From Eledone cirrhosa (taxonomy: Eukaryota), in the NCBI GenBank assembly GCA_964016885.1, contig OZ024745.1, positions 5,332,001 through 5,396,000 on the forward strand: a DNA stretch of 64,000 nt, read 5' to 3'. Shown one piece after another: positions 29,401 through 42,400 of the stretch. The notes below the pieces were generated by a model. It did not search any database and was not told where the DNA came from. It was given only the letters and a program-made list of their open reading frames with translations. The first letter of the stretch is position 1. Every line of letters starts with the position of its first letter. The position numbers were made by a program, and so were the translations under genes.

Positions 29401-32400
29401 ATCTAGTGTTACTGAAGCAGTGTAATAAACTGACTGTAACAATATCTAGTGTTACTGAAGCAGTGTAACAAACTGACTGTAACAATATCTAGTGTTACTG
29501 AATCAGTGTAACAAACTGACTGTAACAATACCTAGTGTTACTGAAGCAGTGTAATAAACTGACTGTAACAAATCTAGTGTTACTGAAGCAGTGTAATAAA
29601 CTGACTGTAACAATATGTAGGGTTACTGAAGCAGTGTAATAAACTGACTGTAACAATATCTAGGGTTACTGAAGCAGTGTAATAAACTGACTGTAACAAT
29701 ATCTAGTGTTACTGAAGCAGTGTAACAAACTGACTGTAACAATATCTAGTGTTACTGAAGCAGTGTAACAAACTGACTGTAACAATATCTAGTGTTACTG
29801 AAGCAGTGTAACAAACTGAATGTAACTATATCTAGTGTTACTGAAGCAGTGTAATAAACTGACTGTAACAATATCTAGTGTTACTGAAGCAGTGTAATAA
29901 ACTGACTGTAACAATATCTAGTGTTACTGAAGCAGTGTAACAAACTGACTGTAACAATATCTAGTGTTACTGAAGCAGTGAAATAAACTGACTGTAACAA
30001 TATCTAGTGTTACTGAAGCAGTGTAATAAACTGACTGTAACAATATCTAGTGTTACAGAAGCAGTGTAATAAACTGACTGTAACAATATCTAGTGTTACT
30101 GAAGCAGTGTAATAAACTGACTGTAACAATATATAGTGTTACTGAAGCAGTGTAACAAACTGTGTGTAACAATATCTAGTGTTACTGAAGCAGTGTAATA
30201 AACTGACTGTAACAATATCTAGTGTTACTGAAGCAGTGTAATAAACTGACTGTAACAATATCTAGGGTTACTGAAGCAGTGTAATTAACTGACTGTAACA
30301 ATATCTAGATTTACTGAAGCAGTGTAACAAACTGACTGTAACAATATCTAGTGTTACTGAAGCAGTGTAATAAACTGACTGTAACAATATCTAGTGTTAC
30401 TGAAGCAGTGTAATAAACTGACTGTAACAATATCTAGTGTTACTGAAGCTGTGTAACAAACTGAGTGTAACAATATATAGTGTTACTGAAGCAGTGTAAT
30501 AAACTGACTGTAACAATATCTAGTGTTACTGAAGCAGTATAATAAACTGACTGTAACAATATCTAGTGTTACTGAAGCAGTGTAACAAACTGACTGTAAC
30601 AATATCTAGTGTTACTGAAGCAGTGTAACAAACTGACTGTAACAATATCTAGTGTTACTGAAGCAGTGTAATAAACTGACTGTAACAATATCTAGTGTTA
30701 CTGAAGCAGTGTAACAAACTGACTGTAACAATATGTAGTGTTACTGAAGCAGTGTAATAAACTGACTGTAACAATATCTAGTGTTACTAAAGCAGTGTAA
30801 CAAACTGACTGTAACAATATCTAGTGTTACTGAAGCAGTGTAATAAACTGACTGTAACAATATCTAGTGTTACTGAAGCAGTGTAACAAACTGACTGTAA
30901 CAATATCTAGTGTTACTGAAGCAGTGTAATAAACTGACTGTAACAATATCTCGTGTTACTGAAGCAGTGTAATAAACTGACGGTAACAATATCTAGTGTT
31001 ACTGAAGCAGTATAACAAACTGACTGTAACAATATCTAGTGTTACTGAAGCAGTGTAACAAACTGACTGTAACAATATCTAGTGTTACTGAAGCAGTGTA
31101 ACAAACTGACTAACAATATCTAGTGTTACTGAAGCAGTGTAACAAACTGACTGTAACAATATCTAGTGTTACTGAAGCAGTGTAACAAACTGACTAACAA
31201 TATCTAGTGTTACTGAAGCAGTGTAATAAACTGACTGTAACAATATCTAGTGTTACTGAAGCAGTGTAATAAACTGACTGTAACAATATCTAGTGTTACT
31301 GAAGCAGTGTAACATACTGACTGTAACAATATCTAGTGTTACTGAAGCAGTGTAACAAACTGACTGTAACAATATCTAGTATTACTGAAGCAGTGTAATA
31401 AACTGACTGTAACAATATCTAGTGTTACTGAAGCAGTGTAATAAACTGACTGTAACAATATCTAGGGTTACTGAAGCAGTGTAATAAACTGACTGTAACA
31501 ATATCTAGTGTTACTGAAGCAGTGTAATAAACTGACTGTAACAATATCTAGTGTTACTGAAGCAGTGTAATAAACTGACTGTAACAATATATAGTGTTAC
31601 TGAAGCTGTGTAACAAACTGAGTGTAACAATATATAGTGTTACTGAAGCAGTGTAATAAACTGACTGTAACAAATCTAGTGTTACTGAAGCAGTATAATA
31701 AACTGACTGTAACAATATCTAGTGTTACTGAAGCAGTGTAACAAACTGACTGTAACAATATCTAGTGTTACTGAAGCAGTGTAACAAACTGACTGTAACA
31801 ATATCTAGTGTTACTGAAGCAGTGTAATAAACTGACTGTAACAATATCTAGTGTTACTGAAGCAGTATAATAAACTGACTGTAACAATATCTAGTGTTAC
31901 TGAAGCAGTGTAACAAACTGACTGTAACAATATCTAGTGTTACTGAAGCAGTGTAACAAACTGACTGTAACAATATCTAGTGTTACTGAAGCAGTGTAAT
32001 AAACTGACTGTAACAATATCTAGTGTTACTAAAGCAGTGTAACAAACTGACTGTAACAATATCTAGTGTTACTGAAGCAGTGTAACAAACTGACTGTAAC
32101 AATATCTAGTGTTACTGAAGCAGTGTAATAAACTGACTGTAACAATATCTAGTGTTACTGAAGCAGTGTAATAAACTGACTGTAACAATATCTCGTGTTA
32201 CTGAAGCAGTGTAATAAACTGACGGTAACAATATCTAGTGTTACTGAAGCAGTGTAACAAACTGACTGTAACAATATCTAGTGTTACTGAAGCAGTGTAA
32301 TAAACTGACTGTAACAATATCTAGTGTTACTGAAGCAGTGTAATAAACTGACTGTAACAATATCTAGTGTTACTGAAGCAGCGTAACAAACTGACTGTAA

Positions 32401-32820
32401 CAATATCTAGTGTTACTGAAGCAGTGTAATAAACTGACTGTAACAATATCTAGTGTTACTGAAGCAGTGTAATAAACTGACTGTAACAATATCTAGTGTT
32501 ACTGAAGCAGCGTAACAAACTGACTGTAACAATATCTAGTGTTACTGAAGCAGTGTAACAAACTGACTAACAATATCTAGTGTTACTCAAGCAGTGTAAC
32601 AAACTGACTGTAACAATATCTAGAGTTACTGAAGCAGTGTAATAAACTGACTGTAACAATATCTAGTGTTACTGAAGCAGTGTAATAAACTGACTGTAAC
32701 AATATCTAGTGTTACTGAAGCAGCGTAACAAACTGACTGTAACAATATCTAGTGTTACTGAAGCAGTGTAACAAACTGACTGTAACAATATCTAGAGTGC
32801 CAATGTTACTGAAGCAGTGT
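5477..32820. repeat. Satellite array, 43-bp unit ACTGAAGCAGTGTAA[C/T]AAACTGACTGTAACAATATCTAGTGTT, ~635 copies
   Basis: Continuous head-to-tail near-identical units with no spacers. Copy number is estimated as length/43. Confidence 0.98.
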
Positions 32821-33403
32821 GTGACCCATACTCAAAATATTAAATATCTTTGATATTTAATGATTTTCTATATTGAATGTTGATGTTGACTGTCTTCAGA
32901 CCTAACCTTTCAGTTACAGACAACTCATGACAGTTGTCAATAATGCCTGTTCCTTCATATTCATAAAGATTCTTATGAAAATGATCTGTTTTACTTTTGT
33001 TTTTTATTGGTTTATGATTCTGTTGGATCTTTTCTTTTCTTTTCTCTGCTAAAGCAACATTTGTTCTCTGACATCTCAGAAGCAACTAAACAAATGCCTT
33101 CAGTGTTGTGCTGCTGTGTGTAAAGATTGGAACCTTTTAGGAGGACTCTTCAGCTGTGTCAAAGACACGGCAACCTCCCTGGTGTCATAATAAAAAGCAC
33201 TCAGTAGAGTGTGAAATGAATCTAGGTGAGATGTACTCCCCACACCCATCTGAGTACTGACTGAATTTGTGAAGATCTATCCAACCCTTTCTAGGAGAAA
33301 GATAGACTTTAAATGATGATTATCATCATCATCATCATCATCATTTTACGTCCACTTTTCCCTGCTTGCAAGGGTGGGACGATTATATATATATCATCAC
33401 TGT

Positions 33404-34140
33404 TTATATTAGTGTATATACAGTATATATTTGTGTATATACAGTATATATTTGTGTATATACAGTATATATTAGTGTATATACAGTATATAATAGTGTA
33501 TATAATAGTGTATATATAGTATACATTAGTGTATATACAGTATATACAGTATATAATAGTGTATATACAGTATACATTTGTGTATATACAGTATAAGTGT
33601 ATATACAGTATATATTAGCGTATATACAGTATATATTAGTGTATATACAATATATATTAGTGTATATACAGTATATATTAGTGTATATACAGTATATATT
33701 AGTGTATATACAGTATAAGCGTATTTCATTTCATTTTTTCATTTCATTTTACGTCTGCTTTTCCCTGCTTGCAAGGGTGGGACGGGAAGTGATGCTGGCT
33801 TGATTTCTACAGCTGGATGCCCTTCCTAACACCAACCTCATTTACAGTGAGTGCTGGGTGCCTTTTTGCCGTGGCACCTCCACGACCACTTTGAAGTGGA
33901 ATGATAGGGACCCCAGTCCCTATCATCTCATTTCTACAGCTGAGTGAACTGGAGCAATGTGAAATAAAGTGTCTTGCTCAAGGAAACAACACATCACCCA
34001 GTCTGAGAATTGAACTCACAACCTTTCGATTGCAAGGCCAATGCTCTAACCACTAAGCCAGTATATATTAGTGTATATATAGTATAAGCGTATATACAGT
34101 ATATATTAGTGTATATACAGTATATATTAGTGTATATATA
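33404..34140. repeat. 21-bp minisatellite (TATATTAGTGTATATACAGTA) interrupted by a SINE
   Basis: Units at 33404-33715 resume at 34060-34140. Confidence 0.85.
33745..34060 (-). mobile_element. tRNA-derived SINE with RTE-derived tail
   Basis: Reverse complement of the SINE at 47563-47904 (A box TGGCTTAGTGG, B box GAGTTCAATTC, tail GGAAGGGCATCCAGCTGTAGAAA...ACGTAAAATG). Confidence 0.85.
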
Positions 34141-34559
34141 TATATATATATATATGTTTATCAATATAATTGTAGAATAATATAATTTGAAGATATATGA
34201 TATTAAAAAGAACAACAACAAAGAACAAATTGTAAATGTTTTTTTTTTATTTTTATAAACTGAATTATTTTTTATTTTGTTTAATTTTCTCACCTTATCC
34301 CCAGAACACCTAATTACCGGTATTAGATATTCCACAACACCTGATTACTGGTATTAGATATTCCACAACATTGCTGGAATATAAATCTATAAAGTGTGAT
34401 ATTTGAATTCAATTATTGTTTTCTGTGACCTCACCATTCTATAAAGTAGAAGAATCTCTCCAATTTACAACTTTAGAATTTACTAAATATATTCCAGGCT
34501 TGTTTTGTTGTTCTGTGGTGTGTTCATTATCATCATCATTTAGCGTTTATATATATATC

Positions 34560-34614
34560 TGTTAGAACACGAAAAGTGTGAAACAACAGAATGTTCACTT
34601 TTCGTGTTCTAACA
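34560..34614. repeat. Perfect 19-bp stem hairpin, candidate Helentron 5' subterminal palindrome
   Basis: TGTTAGAACACGAAAAGTG-17 nt-CACTTTTCGTGTTCTAACA, followed by CTAG at 34622. Confidence 0.75.
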
Positions 34615-35551
34615 TATATGCCTAGCTTATCTAAAAATTTTTCGGGGATAGCCGTGGTGGTGATCGTATGTCATTGGCTAATTTTCAACCAATCAGAGTA
34701 CCTCTCTCTATATCTCTTCCACTGTTACTTACGCCTGTTTCTCTCTATCTGTTCCGTCTCTATTTATATCTCTTACTCTTTCGCTTTGCACTCCTCCCCT
34801 TCAATACCATCTCTCCCCCTCTCTATATATTTGTTACTCTGTCGCTGCACGCTCCTCTCCTTCAATATATCAATTACACACGCTTTACACTCCTTTATCC
34901 CCAGCGCCCCTATATATACACCCCCCCTCTCCCGCATCTATATTTTAATGTACCGTTGCACCGTGAATATATGTGTCTATATATATATATATACATATAT
35001 ATTGTATATACACATTCATGTATGTGTATACACACTCATGTATGTATATACACTGGTTTTATGTGTGTATTGTAAATTTGTACTGTTAAAACACGAAACT
35101 AACATTCGATTGACACTTTGATTACCTGTACAGGCAATAGTTATTAGAATGCTGTTGAAGTGTGTATATATTTTTGGGGGACATCCTGTATATACACACA
35201 TTATATATAATACAATAAACAGATAAATACACACATATATATATGAGCTTATTTAATTATAAATATTGTGAATTTTTAACTCAGTTCAATTATATATATA
35301 AATGGCTTCTACAGGACTAGAACTGTTTCATTCGAAAGAAATCATCATAATATTGAGAGCGGGGACTAGATAAAATATTTCAAATCAAATGTGTATAAGT
35401 TATAAGTTAAAATGTATAAATAGAGACGATAGTGGAGGTATATCTGTTTAGTGGAACAGTAGACGATAGAATTAAATACAGACGATAATCTCCCTTTAAT
35501 GAAACAGCAGACGATAGAATTAAGGCAATTTAAATTTTAAGCATTTGCATT

Positions 35552-35600
35552 TTTGCCTTTCATCGTTACGGGGTCGATAAAATAAAGTACCAGTAATACA
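35552..35600 (+). mobile_element. Short SINE fragment (cephalopod-type core)
   Basis: TTGCCTTTCATCGTTACGGGGTCGATAAAATAAAGTACCAGT, with a related copy at ~45765-45840. Family recognised from memory. Confidence 0.5.
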
Positions 35601-35967
35601 CTGTCACTAGACGACTTTCAAATTGAATTGTTGGTTCCATTTCTTTAGTATTTTCAATTGTAGTTATCTACTTAAAAAGCGTTACACGGTTAGAGACATA
35701 ATTCGTAAGTTATATCTTCCCTATTAAACCATTGCATTATTTCGCCTACAATAGAACAAAAATGAAATGTTCTTTAAAGAAACAGGAATATAACTTTATA
35801 AAAAAAAAAGTTGCATCCGCTTCTTTTATCATTGATAATTTTTTCGTTTTAATATTAATTGTTTTTTGTAGTTGTTTATATTAAAAATCTTACTGTAATA
35901 TTTACTTAAACGAAGGCAAACATCTAAACTTATAGATTAATCTTGAGCGAAGGACTAGATAAATCTC

Positions 35968-36038
<71 letters not shown>

Positions 36039-36293
36039 GAAGAATGATAAAATTTCAAGCAAAGAGTTTAATTAGGTATATTTTGTAATATTATTAACTA
36101 ATTATTATAATTAACGCTTCAGGCTTTGTCTATATACTGAAACAAATTTGTAAGTCATTACCTAATTAAACTCTTTGCTTGAAAATTTTATCACTCTTCG
36201 TTTTGAATATTTCTCCTAAGTATTCAATGCTCTGTTGAGAAATACATTTTACATAAACAGTCTTTGTACCATTTATACGGTATTAATTACTTA

Positions 36294-36356
<63 letters not shown>

Positions 36357-36416
36357 CGTATGAACCGCCAAGTAGCGAGGTATCACTGTATATATGTTTA
36401 AATATATAGTGTAGCT

Positions 36417-39400
36417 GTGATGTATCTCGCGAGTGAATCGAGACCTGTCACTGATTTTGGTGTCCCCACTGCCGATGTGAATGAGCAACGCTGCACTTGT
36501 GAATTGGGTCTTGATGTTGCAGGCAGTTCATATACTTACAATGATGCGGTCCCACAAGCTTGTTCACATTCCTGTGCTAATAATCTAGATGGGCATATTA
36601 AATTGGATGTGAAAGCAGCTTACCGGATGCGGAATCGGGAGAAGTTGAGACAAAAACAGGCCAAGTATAGATGTTCAAAACGGTATGAGTTGGCAAACAA
36701 GCAGGCCAAGTATAGATCTGCAAATTCAGCTATTATATCTCAAAAGCAAGCCGAGCGTAGAGCTTCTAAACGTACCGAGTTGGCTAAAGAGCAGACCAAG
36801 TACAGATCTGCAAATCAAGACAAAGTATTACAAACAAAGGCTATGTATAAAATTCACCATAAAGATAATATACAGTCTTATGAGAAAACATATTATAAAA
36901 AAAAGTTTCTTCATAAGCGGTCTTTGTATCAAATGAAGAAACTAAATAAAATGGTTGACTTCCGGATGCAGCATCAGATCTTGATGTCCCAATTTGTTAA
37001 GTCATATAAAAAGACAATAACAGATACCAATCTTCGCAACGACGCATATAGTCACGTGCTGAGTGTGTTCTCCAGATCTGTTGGGATGCGAAATTTTGTG
37101 TGTGCTCAATTAAAAATAAATGTTAAAGCTGTGCATACATTGATGGAAAAGATCAATGCTAACGGTTTGTTGCATTATTGGGGAAATCAACATTATCACA
37201 GTTCCACCAATGAGCTTCCTAATTTTGACAAGAGCACTGCAAAGTACATGAAAATGGATGAGTTTAAAAATCAGTCCGTTGAGAAAGTCCGAATAGTCGT
37301 TATCAATAATAAGGAGACAGACAACATTGTGAATGACATGGCTAATGCTGACGAGCAGAATGATGATAATGATGTGTCTAAATGTTTGGTTAGACCTTGC
37401 GGGTCTTCCATATTAGATACATGTCCAAATGACTCAGCTACTCGTCTAACTTTGTGCCAAAGAATTGATGATAAACTTCCAAAACTCAATCCCGATATGA
37501 CAGTTGCTGAAATAAGGCAGTTGATCGAGAAATATGAGTTTTGCAATGTTACTCATGATAATGATCAGCACTGCATCGGTCAAACTGGCTGCACCAGTGA
37601 ATTTGGCTTTTTAAAATCCATAGCAGTTCACTCGCCAAAGTTGCGCACATTGCTGAGGAAAATTTATAAAGTTCGGTCCTTATGTATTTGGCTCAACAAG
37701 TACAATGAAGCTGTTTTCAATGGCGATTGGACCAACTTTGAGAATTTGACAGACGTTGCCAACATTGAGCGTGCTATTGCAGTTAAATTCAATAATATGT
37801 GCACTGGTTTCAATGATGTCGAACACACTGATGCAGATGTCATTCATAAATATGGTAATCAAGTTCAAAGATTTCAATCTGAAATTACCAACTATAAAAT
37901 CCAACATTGTCATATCTGCAAACTGCGCAAATATAGCAAGGAACTAAAAGTTTGGGATAATTGGAACTCTAGATATTTTAAAACGGCCGTTGCAAAGGAT
38001 GCAATAACTGCCAACTACTCTTTGCCTTGCACAGTCTGCACAACATGCACTACACATTTGCGAAACAGTGGGGTGCCTTCAATGGCCTCAATAAATGGCT
38101 TGGGCGTTGCTGCCGTTCCCAAAGAACTTGCTGATCTTAATACATATGAGCGAATACTTGTACAACGGGCCAAATGTTTCGTCAATGTAATAAAACTGGT
38201 GCCATACTCATTCAAAGGCAATATTTCAGCATGCATTTCCGCTATTAAAGGAATTGCAATTCACTTGCCTTTGCCTATGGACGGAACTATTAACCGCACC
38301 ATGGATACGTTACCTGCGCTTCAAGACGACATGCTTAAAATAGTCGTTGATAGCTTGCCTTCGCGGAAACAAATTATCTGGCGTTCAATGGTAGACATGA
38401 GTAAAGTATTGAAGGCACTTGATTGGCTTGCAGCAAACAATGTAATGTATGCCGATGTTAAGATCAATCGCTACGCCGATACGGAAAATGAAAACATTGT
38501 CGAGTGCTCGGGAGTTAATAATGCCAAATTCGATAATCTTTTACTTAAATCGAATGCTGGCATTACCTATGAGCATCACACTGTTAAAGACATGAATCCG
38601 TGTCTCCCTGCAGACACTGACTTGGCTTTGTACAAAATGAAAAGAGTGGAAGGCGATTTCATTGCAGACAATGATAAAAAACTTGAGTTGTTGTGCTTTC
38701 CTTGTCTTTATCCAACTGGTCAGTTTGGCATTTTCGTGGACAATAGACCGTTTGGCGCTGTAAAGCCATACATGTTCATAAGAAACAGACTGAATCATAG
38801 CGACTCTAGATTTCGGCGAGATATACAATATCTCATGTTTTGTCTTGATAAAGCCGACAAGAGAGGCATTGATTCTGGTATATATGCCATCATGAAGACC
38901 ACCAAAAACAGCCGCATGACTATAAGCGAGTTTAGAAGGCGGCTTCATGAAAATGACAGGCACCTAGAGGGCAATTTAAATATGATGATGGCCAATGTCC
39001 GTGGTTCCAAGCAGTTTTGGTCTAGAAAATGTTCAGACTTGATGGCTATGGACGAGAAATTTGGCCCGGCCCACTTGTTCTTAACTTTGTCTTGTGCAGA
39101 GTACTTTTGGCCTGATCTGAGAGAGTTCCTGGAAAAGTTGAATGCTGACATACCAGACATTTCTAGAAAACGCACCAATGAGTTGTGCGCGGATGACGTG
39201 GTGGCTGTTAGCGAACATTTTCACCATCGGTTCACCACCTTTATGAAAGAAGTTGTTAAACATACCAATTCTCCGTTTGGTATTGTCGAGCACTTTTTTT
39301 GGAGGTTGGAATACCAAATGAGAGGTGCTCCGCATGTTCATATGAAATTATGGATTAAAGATGGCCCTATTATGGACAGAGACGACAAGTATGCTATTCA

Positions 39401-42400
39401 GACGTTTATACAGTCCATGATCACATGTCGCATGCCGTCCAATGTAGAAAGCCCCGTTTTGTCAGACTTGGTGTTGCGTTTTCAACGACATGTGTGTAGT
39501 GGATCCTGCAAAAGGCAAATATTTTCGAGTGGTCGTTTTTACACTCGATGCAGGTTTGGATTTCCTCGTCCTATCGGGAATTTCAATTTGCTTAGCGTCA
39601 ACGAGTGCATAAAATCTCGACACAAAGGTAGAGCTGTCAAAAAGTTGTACAAGCTTGACAGACGACAAGGGGAAGAGTGCATCAATGACTACAATCCTGT
39701 TGTTCTGTATGTCTGGAAAGCTAATGTCGATATCCAATACATCGGTGAAGATAGCATGATTCTAAACCGATATGTTACTAGTTATCAGACAAAGTCCGAA
39801 AAGACTGAAACTGAAGGTATTTGGGCTGAGATTGACAAGTCCAAGTCCATTTACTCCAGATACAAGAGTGTCGGACTTAAGCTGATGGGCAAGCGTGATA
39901 CAGGTGCCTATGAGGCTGCAGACAAATTGCTTGGCCACCATTTTTATGGATGCTCTGAAAGCCTCATTTGGATTGGGGCCGATTTGCCTAGTTACCGATC
40001 CCACAGGTTCAGGCCTCAGTATGAACTGGATAAATTGAAACCGTATTCTACCGATCTTTATTACGAGAATATGGTCGAAAATTGGTATCCAAACAGGCCT
40101 GATTCGATGGAGCACATGTGTTTGTATGAACTTGCGAGTAAATACGAACATGTGAATCCAATTGGTAACAGCAATTTTGATGACGACTTCAGGTTGAGAA
40201 ATAATCTTGGCTATTTCAAATCTGTGAAAGAGCGGATTGTGAAGTCGCCAAACATTAGATTGACTGCAGATACCTGTGAGCGCTATCACCACAACCTGCT
40301 TATACTCTTTAAACCTTGGCGAGACGAGGAAAAAGACTTGCTGGGAGGTTGTGAGACTTATAAAGAGTCTTTTGAACAGTGTGCAAACCATTTATCTGAA
40401 ATGGTCAGGTTCCAGAATGTGCGCAAACGTTTGGAGAATGCGCTGGAACAAGCCAAACATATTCAAAACGAACCTCAGTCTCATGATAATGATGACCATT
40501 CTTGCGGTGATCACATGGAGGCGTTGGCAGTTGATGATGCTAATGTCGATTTGCCTTGCATGAGAGATGTCAATGAGGATGCACTGAGGCATAAAGAAAA
40601 TAAACTGAATGAAGTGCAAAGAAAAATTTATGACGATATCGTTGCCGGTATTGACAAACAAGACAAACATTGGGACAACAGCAAACCTTATCCGAGATGT
40701 AGTTGCGATGATTGTCCACAAGTCTTGAAATTTGTTTCAGGTGTTGGTGGCACGGGCAAGAGTTTTTTGATAAATGTACTGGCTGATAAAATTCAGTACA
40801 TGTATCCAAATGACAATGGCCCGAGCGTAGTGATATCGGCACCCACAGGAATGGCTGCTTTCCAACTCAACGGCATGACTGTTCATCGAATGCTAAAGCT
40901 CAAAGTGCAGCACGGTAAAACTCCCGTGTACGATGATCTACCAAAGGACTTTTTGAAAATGCTGAGGATGGGGCTTCAATATGTCCGACTGATCATAATC
41001 GATGAGATTAGCATGGTCAGTCATTTGCAGTTGGCATTCATTCACTTGAGATTGTGCCAATTGTTTTGTGACTTTGCCCAAGGCATTTCTCCTTTCGGGC
41101 GAATGAACATTGTTGTTTTTGGAGATTTGCTTCAATTACCGCCTGTTAGAGAAAAGCCGGTGTTTAACAAAGTTACTCACCAAGATGCACAAAGATCATG
41201 CATAGGCGTCAGCAGCCACCATTTGTGGAGGTACTTCAAGTACGACGAGTTGACAGTCAACATGCGTCAGAAAGAAGACTTGGATAATTATGTTGACATG
41301 CTCGGCCGAATAAGGCTGGGTTCACCACTTGATTCAGATATTGAAATTCTAAATAAGCATAGAATTGATCTCAACGGCAAAGCTTCCATTGATCAGGTTG
41401 CTTACAAAATGTGTGAGCTGATACAGACTTCTAATTTGAGTATCGTCTGTATCATGCCTCTAAACGAGTCAGTAGAAAAGTTTAACGCTGCAATGCTCAA
41501 TAAACTTGGCATTAATACCGTTGAACTTATGGCTATTGATTCGAATATGAGGCAAACCAAATGTCAAAAGAAAACAATAAGAAAAAAGCTGACCACTAAA
41601 AAGACTTCTGATACTGCTGGCCTTGAAACTGTTCTTAAAGTTGGCGTTAATGCTCGAGTTATGCTTAAACGCAACATCGATCTTGAGAAAGGCTTGTGCA
41701 ATGGTGCAATGGGAACTGTAAAGCAACTCAATTATGAGTTTGGAAAAATTACTTCCATTGACGTTCTCTTTGAGAGTACAAACCAAATTGTTGCCATCAA
41801 ACGTGTCAAAGCCGATTACGAATTGTCTCCTAGTGTTTTTATCACTAGAGAACAATATCCCTTGTGCATTGCATATGCAATTTCCATCCACAAATCACAG
41901 GGAATAAGTGTCGATGGAGTCGTTGTTGATTTGGGCACTGGCGTTTTTGCAGACGGTATGGCCTATGTAGCCTTGTCTAGAGCCCGCAAACTGTGCAATG
42001 TTTACTTGATTGATCTTGATCCAACGAGTTTGATCATGTGCGACTCTAGTGCTTGGAGAGAATACAATTATTTGAGAGAGACCATTAATATGGGACCGCT
42101 TCCATTGTGTAACGTGAGGCCCAACAGTATTGGACAGGCCAAAAAAGCAACTAAAAAAAGTAAATTTGCTATTAATATTGACAGTGGAATGGTCAACTTG
42201 GCGAATCCAAAAAAGGCCAGAACTGAGAAAACGGTTGCAAAGCCGTACATTTCGCTGATCAATGAGAGAAATGCTTGCTTTGTAAACAGCACCATGCAAG
42301 TTATACGCCAGCTGGTGTTGTTGGTTGAACACATTCAGTCCACTGATGATGTTGCTATTCGTGAAATTAGCGATATTATATCGTCATCTGGAACTAAATC

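Noticed and set aside
5477-32820. CRISPR array or coding repeat (the 82-aa ORFs)
   Set aside because: There are no unique spacers. The 43-bp unit is not a multiple of 3, and the ORFs arise only where a variant removes a stop.
32840-33085. 81-aa ORF beside the satellite
   Set aside because: Non-ATG start, no motif and no splice support
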